Source of the DNA: Blasia pusilla
Taxonomy: Eukaryota
NCBI GenBank assembly: GCA_050084515.1
Contig: CM114271.1
Location: 36,952,001 to 37,016,000 of the forward strand
DNA: 64,000 nucleotides
Direction of reading: 5' to 3'
Part shown: in pieces, positions 22,755 through 34,700 of the stretch
How positions within the stretch are numbered: position 1 is the stretch's first letter
How the letters are laid out: every line of letters starts with the position of its first letter
Made by a program: the position numbers and the translations under genes
Notes under the pieces: generated by a model
What the model saw: only the letters and a program-made list of their open reading frames with translations
What the model was told of the DNA's origin: nothing
Database searches by the model: none

Positions 22755-25700
22755 CTATCTTGTGCGGGACTTCAGTTTCCGTTGAGTGCTCAGCCAGGTG
22801 TCTTTTGAGCTTGTCGGCAAGGACGGTGGGATCTTCTTGCCTCTCCCCGTAGCAGAACCACCGGTTCTTGAAGTAAGTAGTCGCTGATGATATGAATAGG
22901 CCGGTGCAAGACTTAAGTGGAGTGATGGACCGAGTTCATTTAAACCTGTTCCTCTCTCCAGTTGTTTAAGTAGCTCCAACTGCATGAAACACCAGACATC
23001 ACTTACAATAGATTCCTCCTACTTGAATGCTTTTTGGTTCTCAACTCAACAAGATATAGACTAACATGCAACTTTTAATTTAGGATCTCCAGAGTACATG
23101 AAATGATCAGTACAGAGTTACAATGCGTTTGACCCAGTACGAACACTAGATATGGAAGCAAGAAACCAAAATACACAAAACGACTTGGAATCACTTCGCA
23201 GACAGAAAATCTACACCAGGCTCCCAAAAAAGATGCTTCTTTAAATGCCCGGTAGAAGATTCATAATTTCTCAGCAGAAGAAACTCTCCTGACATGTCTT
23301 TAATTTAGAGAAAGGGACCTTTTTGTTCTGCAGAAGATGATACTATTTAAGGTGGGTAAATCTTTAGAAAACGGAGTCCAATGAATGTTCAGCAACACAA
23401 CAATGACATAAGGAAGAAGTCCTACATTCTAACTTTCAATTATGCCAATTGCTTTTCATAACCATTGAAGTGACAACAGCAACCCATCATTTGTTACAAG
23501 GATACAATTTTCGAGGGTCATAACTTATAAAATGATGATGATGGGAGCCAGCTTCTAGTCACATCAGCAGAGCATTATGACATATGATGGTCAGGAGGGA
23601 TTTTGAACGCACCCGTGATTTTCCAAACATCCCGTTTGTTGTTCTGTGCATGCGTTGTGTCCTTGAAAAGTCGGCTGAGTTGTGCCTGCTTGCATTTCTG
23701 GATTTGATCTCTACTCCACTTTTTTTCAATAAATTGGAATCCTTTCCATTCAAAGCAAGATCTAGAGTTTTTGTTCCATATGAGCAGATCGGACAAACAG
23801 TGGCAGTACTGCTTGTTCTTGATCCAGAGTCAGTGTCCACACAATCAAAGTGGGTAGCATGACCACAAGGAAATATCCGGACCTTCAATCCATGTTCATC
23901 GACAGAAGATGACGAGGATTCCTCATCAACTTTTGCTTTCTGTCTATCATTATTACTAGTAGAGCTGGAGCTTCTCTCGTTAGACCCTCCAGCTGCTTGC
24001 TTTGAAAGAGATGTATCAACAGGTTTATCAAGAGGAAGACTGCAGACGGAGCAGATGGAACCCAAGGGAGTAAAAGCATGAGTGCAGCTACGTCTGAGTG
24101 CGCTGATGTTTTCAAAAGTGTCATCCTCAATTAGTTGCTTTGCTGTTCCCTATGCCAAGTCATGGGAAAAGTTAGCTAGAATACAGTGGAAGAGAGAACA
24201 GTAACAATGAACAGGAATTCACTGAGACATAAGATGTGAGTTACTTACAAGAATTGCTCGCTCATAGCCATAAGCACTCAGCATGTCTAGAATTGTTGCC
24301 TTGAAGTCACCAAACTCATGGCCTCCATGATCCTGAAGAATCTTACCCATGGTTACAGAGATTGGCACGTATCCCATCATTCCATTCACTATGTCCCCAA
24401 TAAAGCGGACCAGAACTTTCCTGAAAAACTTGGTGGCCAGATCACTTCCCAACACCTTCCATCTTGGGGAGTTTCTGCTTGGTACCCTATCCTTCTGTAA
24501 ATGACTTCTATTTTCACCAATTGTATTATGCCAATCGCTCATACTGGAGCTCCTATATTGCATATTGAGGTCTTGAAGAGGCTCCACAAATCTGGAACCA
24601 ATCATACACAAGATACAAGTAAGCATACCCATGGATGTCAACGACTCCATATCTCTTTGACAGAACCTGGTTCCTTGTCTGCTAAATTCAATACACATAC
24701 AAGGTGGTGTGGTGTAGAAATGAACACCTGTCAAGGAGTCGAAACCATAATTCTTCTGATTCTTTGGTTCCAAGTCGGAAAGTGTTGCGCTGGCAAAGAG
24801 CAACTGCAACCTTCAAAATATCATGTGCTGTTGCTACCTGTTCATGAAGAAATATACTCGCATCAGTACAAGACTCATTTACATACACGTGAATCCAACT
24901 CTGGCAACTACAGTCCTAATACTAGTAGCAAAAAAGGAAATCCATCCATTGTTAATTCATGCAGGGATGCAGGGTTTGGCAGAAGAGTTATGATATCTTC
25001 TGCCGATACTTGTGGAATCAGAGCGGTAAATTATTTTTACAATGGATCACACTTAAGCTTGAGAGTGACTAAACCTTATTGTCTGTTCATGTTCATCCAC
25101 CAGTTGAGGTTGTCTCTGACAAGCTCAACTCTTGAACAGGAGATTAAAACCAGATGTGTATCACCACCAGTAGGGAGTGAGAATCATTCTAGATCAACAC
25201 AGAAGTAACACATAGCTATTAAATTGATCATACCTCTGCTGAATCGAGAAACTCATCATCAGACATCTTCTGAAGGTTTTTCTTCAATGACATAGAAACA
25301 GAGAGCCGTGCAATAGTCTGATCCATTGCTCGTACGACTGAATGGATATCTGCTAGTACCAGTGACAAGGCACTGGCCACATCACCAACCCGTTCTAACA
25401 AGAAGGCAGCTGCATCAGTAACACCGTACTCTTGGCACAGTCTGAGACAGTGTTCCAACCTGTAATTTTCATACCTCTCCAGGAACGTGAGCACAGATTT
25501 GGGTTCAAAGCGGCATAGCAGCTGCAAATCCAACAAGTCAGCAACAAATCAAGTCCCATCGGCAGTGCAAGTAACAGAGATGAATCATATATTCAACTTG
25601 TAAACTACTGACCAACAATCATGTACGTTCTCAGAACCCTTGGTTCCACCAATCACCCTGATAAAAATTGGTGTACACAAATGTTGAAGGTGAGTAACCA

Positions 25701-28700
25701 AGTTATTCACAATAAGTTAAGTGAAGCATCCCCATACTTGCAAAATATTCAGAAATAAAAACTATATAAACTGTGCATGATCAGTACAAGCAGGCTGCCA
25801 AATAGGTTTGAGGCATGAAAATAGAACAATTGATCTACACTGTTTTCAAAAAGCTAGACATCCAGCAGAAGCAAACATGCTTGAACATACCTCCACAAAT
25901 GTTTCTGCCATCTCGTTGGTGAACTCAAGTCCTGAACGTTCCAGCAGATCTGCTAAGTGAACCTGTGACTCAAGGACAGAGTGAGCTTCATCTCTGTTAT
26001 GACCATGACCAGGCATGGCCATAAGATGACTCTTATTGGATGATTCTCCATGTTGTGGATTCCGAGGAGAAGTGGTGCCTGGCTCCAGCTGTCCTTCAGA
26101 GTAATCAAGGTCACCAGAGCGGATATTCATCATAGCCTTCAAGTAGTTGAAGAGTAACTTTGGATATGGAGCCAATTCCTTCAAGATACGCTGGTTTTCA
26201 CTGCTGAAGTATTTGAGCACCACTAATAATGCAGAAACACTGTCACAAACAAAGAGAAGTTCCAGTTATGAGGATGGCCAAGGTATCCCACTAATTGAGA
26301 AGAGAGTCATGCAGCTTAACCGGATTGTAAGGGTGTACAGCAATCATAAGTAGACACTGACTGTACTGATGAAGTAGTGCATGTTGTAGCCTTGTGACCA
26401 TGATCTATGGTAGACATACAGGGGTACTTCCAACAGAGCTTCTGTCTGGCATCAGGACTACAACCAAACTGTCATCATATCCATAAATTGCCCTAGATTT
26501 GCACTTCCACAGAGACTATCTGCAGTCACAACTTACAACTAACTGGCCAGGAGAGACATATCCTCTCTTCCTATTCAGATTGATCAACAATGAAGAATCT
26601 GAAAGAGAAGAACTTTCAACAATGAGAAAGCAAGAACAGCACTATCCAGTTAAACTTGACTGTCTCAGACACAAATACTTCTTTCCCGACAAGAAGAGAA
26701 TTTCATTTCAAAGCTGAGAAATACACTTACGTGCTTAGTTGAATGAGTTCTGGAATATGGGAAAGCACAGTCTCTTGAAAACTGGATAAGTCAGATCCTT
26801 GCAGTCCACCATCAGAAGAAAGCATCCGAGAAAGGAATGTGAACGCATGCTGTGGTCGGTTCACATCCTTCAAGTAACTATCAAGTGCTGCAGGATAATC
26901 ACCTGATTGCGCATGCACAAGGGCGGTCACCTACACCAAGTGCACAATTATTTTTTGAAATGGTTGCACTACTCATCACCAGTAGACAAGGTCAACACTT
27001 GTTAAATCACTACTCTTCACTCTGCCTTCATACTCCAGAGCAAACATGGCCTGCTAGAGCACGTTGTCAATCTTCTACACGGCCTAAAGTGGGAAGATAA
27101 AATTTTACCCCATAAATTGTTCGGTTAGTGAAAATCAGACTCAGGACTTTTATCATCCTACAACAATCCATTTAAGACCTTTTTCTTGCACTTCTTGACA
27201 CCTTAATTTCCCAGAGACGGCATCAATCTTTGTACCCACCTGCCAAAACTCAGCTTTTTGGGCGAGCTGAAGGGTTCTCTGAGCATCCCATTCTGATTTG
27301 GGGACTGCCGTGAGAAGAGCTACCATTAAATCTTCTCTCTGTGCCACAATTGTGCGCCTCCTCTTTTCTGAAGAATGTGTCTTTGCAGAGCTTTCATGCA
27401 CAGAGGAAGTTAAATGCTCAAGAATACGCGACAAGACTGCAGCTGACACCACAGCATATTTTCCAGCGGCAAAGTGTGCCACGAACTCAAGCATGTCTCC
27501 GGTGTCCTTCTGGGACAGCCATTGTTCTCCAGAACTGACCTTTGAGCTTCCGAAATCTTTTTCTGGCATAGAAGAGCTGGGGATGATTCTGACAGTCTGG
27601 AGGATAATTATGATTGCGTTTACAGTATCTTGTGCCAATTTGAGCCCTTTCTGTATGCTCTCTTCAGTTGATAAAGCATACCCTTTGAATTGCAATTCTC
27701 CAAGTTTGCTCAGGGCATCCTGTTCAGATTTTGTCCTGATTAAAGGATAAACCCAGTCTCGCTTACCAACACCAAGAGGACCGTCTTCAGGAAATGCTGC
27801 TCCTAAAACCTGAAGAGTTGCTTGTGTGTCCAATGCTAGAAGATAAAAAATTCTGGAGTAAGATCGCTTCTCAATACTTTCAGGGTCCACAACCTCCTCT
27901 TTGCTGTTTTCCGTTGTACCAAGCAGATAGCCAAGCAGTTCTGTCCTCAGCTTTGGTAACCTTGCTGGAGGTAGAGTGCCATTGCCTGGACCAACAATTT
28001 CCATTTAATTATTTACGGCTTTGTATGTAGAGAACTATTTGCAGTACAACCAGGTATTTGATTGAAGAGTAACTTCATCAAGCTTCATTCAGGACCTAGG
28101 AGACACAGAAATCTACTACCATAAAAAGTCAGCGATCTTCACATTCATGCACATCATTAACTCTTCACAACTTGCGGTTGAGCTAGATCCCTGATTAGAG
28201 AGTAACATCATCCTTTACATAGAGAGAGGGTTCAAAAGAAATATTACAACTCTCACCAAGTGAAAGATGTTATATTTCTTTTCAAAGACTTTGCTTCCCA
28301 ATCTTCAAGTGGTAAAATATTCCCACTAACAGTAAATCAAACAGGTTCACAACGAACACTGCTGTGTTTGCAAGTGATTTCAATTTGTCTATCCTGAGAT
28401 GTGGGGAAAAAAAATATCAAAATAATAGACTTGTACCTGGTGGGAATGATAACCCAGAGAAGCAGTACTTCAAATACACCAGTAGCTTCAATCTGCATCC
28501 AGGTAGATTAAGGACGATCTTGTCAGGAATGTTGAGGATAATGCTGTGACATTTTATTGACTAAATCTCAAAAAATCTAATTCCCGTTCCTGTGAAGTCA
28601 GGAACTCTAGATTTTTCACTTGAAACAACACAAAAGCTAACCTCCAGTTGAAGAAAATGAAAATACCCAAAGCTTTTTGCTTGTGACGGATCATCTGAAG

Positions 28701-31700
28701 CTTGAGCTACCGCAAGAAGTTCTTCCAAAGGTGATTTGAAATCATCAAGACCCTTGTTGAATAAATATATCAGTGCACTGTATAATCCATGATCTCTACA
28801 AACCCGTACGACCTGCCGTGCCCACAGCAAAAAGAGCAAGTTGTGAAACACTTGCATAGCTCTTCGTGTGTGCATTTATTATCCATGAAGTCACTCAGTC
28901 CAAATGAAGGTGAACTATTTATTTGCACACTGTCCGGGGGACTGGAATTGGCATAAGAGTCTCATTTAAAATAGACCTTGAAGGCCAGACTCCGGAGATG
29001 GTTACTTTAGAACAACTCAATTTTATGATATCCCTGTTTGTTGTAGTTATCATGCTGAACTAATCAATTTGCATCACTGAATCATTGGGAGATGCACCTG
29101 ATTGAAATCTAGAGATGCTATATCCATGTGTAGGACACACTGTTCCACCCTATTAAGCCATCCTCGACTGCTGTAGTGCTCCACAAGAGCTTGCATAACC
29201 TGTAAGTCAGACACCAAATTGATGGATATCTCGGTAGATTGAGCATCACTATCAGGTAGCAAAACACATAATGGGTAAAAATAGAGGCAGCTCATACATA
29301 TTAAAAGTAAAGAGTCACATAACTGCAGACAAAAGTTGCTAACCTCCGGTGCCAGTCCACCCAACATATCCTTCAATATGTATGGCTCCAGTAGCTCCAA
29401 GAATGTACCTGCATAATGAATCATTTTAGAAAGTGGTATTTCACTGACCTATTATAATCAGGCTATGGGAAGAAACTATTACAGAAAAGTATTGGCTTAA
29501 AGTGGAGAGTGGCTAGTACATGGAAATGCTAATCTCTCATAATAATGCAGTTTTTCAGAGGAAATTCTACTTGCAAACTAAAATGTGTTACTGGACATGC
29601 AAACCGATTGTAATGATTAACAGCTTTCCAACAAATCTAAGAGATTAAATTTTCAAAATATGAGAATTAAAGGAGATAGTGGTAGGGTCCTTACCACGTT
29701 GGCCCACAGCCTCAAACTTGCTGAAAACATTCTCAAACAGAACCTCTGTTTTGCGTATATGAACACAAAACTCTATGGCCACCCCTCCAACTCTGGCATA
29801 TTGTTCTTTAGCTTCCAACACCATCTCTTGCACATAATCTTTTACACCATTAGTGTCCACTGCTATAGCCAGCTTTGACTCATCTTCAGTGTTTGTAACA
29901 GTTTCAGACCCAACACTGATGGTTGAAGACGCAGACGAACCGAGTGCCAGAGAAAGGTACGCAAAGGCTTCATCAATGTAAGCAGAAAGCAAGGCCAACA
30001 GAGTTGGCATAATAGCTTCTCGCATAGCTTCAAGACCTCTTGGAAGACCTGTCACACCTTGCGAGCGTCCATCATAAATTTCCATGGCAATATGAAATGC
30101 ACCCATCCAATCGCCAGCATTTTGCAAGGCCTTAATTCTATCCCTCCATGGCAGGAGGCGAGCTCTCCAGAGTCTAGCAGGTCCAAGGAGGTATACCGCA
30201 GCTCCCCTCACTGCTAAAGCATTGTGAAACGCCTTTTCTGGATTCCCATACAGGTTCAAGAAGTGAGTGTGGTATATTACTGCCCCAATGCCTCCATGTT
30301 CACTGCCCAAAGCTGCTCGTTCTATCTCAATCCCTTCATTTGTAAACAAGTATAGCTCATCCTTTGATGTAGCAACGACCATCATCTGTCAATCGGCAAG
30401 CCAATCACAACTTATATCAATCTCATTCCCTTGGAAATTTCAAACACCGTGCAAGTTAACATGCAGATAACCCTATACTTTGAACTCTGATTCAAACAAA
30501 CAACCTGATGTCAGATTTCCAATCCAAAATGCATGTGTTATAGTGTTTAACCTACTTGCTCTTCCAACCATGCAACACCAACAGCTGGATTATCCATGGT
30601 CCATTGAGCAACTACTTTAAGTTCAGTCTTCAGGAGCTGCAGGACAAGTACTTTCTTGTCCCAGGCCATAGCAAGTAAGGGTGAATTTTCCCCTCCTTTG
30701 CTATTATTTTTCAATGCCCCTTCGACAGTTCCATCCTCCCGACTTTGAGCGTTTTCAGTAGGACGTCCCTCTGTTTCTTTCTGAGATGTATTTTGTCCAG
30801 ACTCAACAGAAGATACATTTGCTGATGCCGCAGGAGACACACTATTAGTGGGAGCCCCACATTTAGATTTTGTGCGTCTCCAGGCTGTATAGGGTATAGC
30901 ACCATCACGGATCCCTTCTGGTCGAGTTAGCTTAGCACATACTCCAATTGGGGGCGTACCTGTTTGCAAACGTACCTGTACGGAACAAGACATGATGCTA
31001 AATATTTTTGTCTAACACCATTCATTCAAAATTTCCCAATTCATGCAGCAATTTTGTGAAGTTGACACTAGAGAAAGCATGCAGCTAATCAAGAGGGCAA
31101 AACCATTTTGTCTAAAACACTATTTAAGTGAGAACTGTTCAACAAAGATTTCTTTGAACCATCAGGTAAGATGTACACAACCTCAGATATTGAGGAGTGT
31201 GATAAGTTAGAGGAAACTTGTCTGGAGACTACAGTGGTGCCTCAAGTGACATCAAGCAGCAATTGTAAACAGAAAGTAGCTTCATTCCTGGTTGAAGGTG
31301 GATTTCGCAAAATTTGAAGCACTGCATTGACCTTCAGGTTTCTTAGATGAGAAGCATCCATCGAGGTCTACCTGGACCACTGACATGATATTCTTTACAT
31401 TATTGATGAACAGAAGAGATATTTCACTGACCACAAGGGCTGCTTGTTGAGTGACGAACACAACCAATCCACCTCCACTTTCTTCAGTCGATGAAGCACC
31501 ATCATATAGAAATTTGCGTCCAACATCACTGGTTCCAGCTCCACCAACCACACTTATTACACTTCCAAGGTTTATCGGGGATGAAGACAACCCATGTGGA
31601 GCTACATTTGACCCCCCGGTATTCTGCAAGCCTTCATCAGGTAAAAGTGGAGAGATTGAGAGTACCATTCCAGTTCGTTGCCCATCCATAAGACACTGTC

Positions 31701-34700
31701 AAAATCACCATGTAAAACCAAAACCAATTCACAAATTAGTCACATTCAAAGTAGTCTACAAAATAGATACACATAGATATATCCAGGAAGAAACCCTTCA
31801 ATGAGAAGGGCAGCCAGAAACAATCAGAAGTATCTCCTTGTACAAAGTCAGAGCTAGCATCAGCTAGACCATCCATGATTTCAGCTTGTACACAATCAGC
31901 AAATCAGTCCCTATCTCTATTGCCAAATCAGAGCCCTACCATGATGTGACTCTTCTTACTATCTAAGAGATACTAAGAAGGATTCTACTCAGCCACACCT
32001 TGCACTCACACTACAGGTCCTCACATGTCACCAGCTCAGAGATCAGACATGGCTCACCATTGAGCACAAACAATCTCCATCAGCATACTAGACAAAACAA
32101 CCTGCCTTCCAGTGAGGCTCTAGCAAGCACAGCAATTAGTCTCAATCTCCTCTTCCTACTCTCTGATCACTCTGCAGCAGGACCAAGAGCCTCAGGAGTC
32201 CTCACCAAAACTGTGCATGTTGTAGAATTGGCTTCTGCTCTCTAAACAGAGACATTATATACATCAGGGTGAGCACTTCTGGCCCTTAGATCTTCTTGAA
32301 CAGATCCATACCCTAAATAACAGATGGTGGCTAACCCTAACTCGAGAATTGCCCTAATTCAAGGTTACCCTAAAAAGATAGAGGAACACTAAGTTATCTC
32401 TAGCTAACTAAAATAGTATCCGACTAAGTTAGTATCTGACTAACTACTTTTAGAGCATGACTAAACTAGATATTAACAAATTTCAACACTCCCTCTTAAT
32501 GAGAGTTTAGAGTAATGCCCATCATACATATACACTTTCTATGTTTGTCCTGTGACAGAGGTTTGGTCAGGACATCAAAGCTGCCATATTCTCTGTTGGA
32601 CAGTAAACCAAGGAGATTTCTCTTCCTATCATTTCTCTTACAAAGTGATGTTTGATGTCAATGTGTTTTGTTCTAGGATGATGAACAGGATTTTTGCTTA
32701 ATGCAATACTTCCTTTGTTGTCAACCTGTAGGGATGTAGGAGTCATCTGTTCATATCCAAGATCATTCAATAAGCTCCTTAACCAGATCACCTCCTGAGC
32801 AGCAAGAGAAAGCGCCATGTACTCTGCCTCAGTTGTAGAGAGTGCAACCGTTCTTTGTTTCTTACTGCACCAGCTGATCACCCCTCCACTTAACAAGAAG
32901 ACATATCCACTTGTTCATCTTCTTTCATCAGTATCATCTCCCCAACTTGCATCTGAGAACCCTTCCAAGATTGGTCCATTTTCTTGATGCCTGTATTCCA
33001 AGTATGTTCTTGTTGTGCCACGCAAATATCTGAGTACTCTCTTCAGACATTTCCAATATTCTATTGTAGGTTTGCTGGTGTACCTGGCTAAGACACCAAC
33101 TGGGTAAGCTAAGTCTGCTCTGGTACAGACCATAGCAAACATCAATGACCCTACAGCACTTTGATATAGTGCTTGCAAATTGTCAACCTTTTCAGTTGAA
33201 ATTCCCATATCTCTGCTGAGTTTGCAGCCAGGATCTAGGGGTGTTGATACAGGCTTACAATCTTGCATGTTGTACCTGATCAAGATACTCTCTATATACT
33301 TTTCTTGACTCAATCGAATCCAGCTCTCTTCCGATATCTCTCAATCTGAATCCCCAATAGCCACTTTGCTGGACCCAGATCAACCATCTCAAAGTTGCAA
33401 CAGAGGTCTTTCTTCACTCTCTTTACAGTGTCTAAGCTCCCTCCTAGCATCAGAAGATCATCAACATACAATGCTATGTACATAGTGGAGTCTAAGGAGT
33501 ACACTCCTTGATCTGCATTGCTACGTTGGAATCCTTTCCTGATCAGGTAAGCATCCATCTTCTCATACCAGCATCTAGGTGCTTGCTTTAGGCCATAAAG
33601 GGCTTTCTTCAAGAGACACACCTTGCCTGGATGAGTATATCCATCTGGTACCTCCATGTAGATCTCCTCTTTGAGTTCTCCATTTAAGAATGCAGTCTTC
33701 ACATCCATCTGTTCCACCTCCCAATTTTGTTGAGCTGCTAATGCCAAGAGAACTCTAATGGATCCATACCTTGCAACAGGAGCAAAGGTCTCCTGATAGT
33801 CTAAACCAGCCTCCTGATTGAAGCCTTTTGCAACCAGACGTGCCTTGTACTTCAAGATCTCATTCTTTGGTCCCCTTTTTATTCTGAAGACCCATTTGCA
33901 ACCAATGGTCTTTCTACCAGGTGGCAAATCTACAAACTCCCATGTCTCATTTTTCTCTAATGAGACCTTTTCTTCTGCCACAGCCTGCTCCCACTGTTTG
34001 AATCATTCCTGCTCATAGCCTCACTCAAAGAGTTGGGCTCTACAACTCCTTCTTCAATAGAATGAGCTTCGTTTATCCCCAACCTTTCTACAGGTTTGGA
34101 AATTCTTCCAGATCTCCTTTGCTCTGAGATCTCCTTGATCACTCCCTCTGTGGACTCATGTGGCTCTATAACTTGCTTGGCTGCACTTCTCCTTTGGTAC
34201 ACCTTCATAGGCTGATCATTTTCAACATGATCTTCCTCTCTTACACCTTGGGTGCAAGTATCTAATCCTCCACTACATTCTGCAAGTGTATCCTTTGATA
34301 CTTCCTCCTTATCAGCATCTTGATGTGAGTTTGACACTACAGGGATGTTTACAGGAGTGACAACAGAAGTGATAACTGGCACCACTCTGGTGACCATTGA
34401 CTCTTTGTGCTCAGAGTCTTTCCAAAACTCTTCTCATCAAAAGTCACATCATTGCTTCGAATGGCCTTGCAGTTTCTAGGATTATACAACATGTATCCTT
34501 TCAGCCCTTCTTCATACCCAACAAATATGTACTTGTCAGCCTTTGCATCTAGTTTCCTCCTTTGTGTATCAGGGTGGTGGGCATAGCCAACACAACCAAA
34601 CACTTTCAATCTAGAAATGTCAGGTTTCTTACCAGACCAGCACTCTTCTGGAGTTACATTCTTCAAGGCCGCTGTGGGACTGATGTTCCTCAGATAATTC

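Noticed and set aside
24501..25208. 235-aa plus-strand ORF and other long ORFs opposite VPS8 exons
   Set aside because: Antisense shadows of VPS8 exons and introns, with no motif support.
32000..32245. Identical 81-aa ORFs at 32000 and 36784
   Set aside because: They start at non-ATG codons, are antisense to the element and only reflect the two LTR copies.
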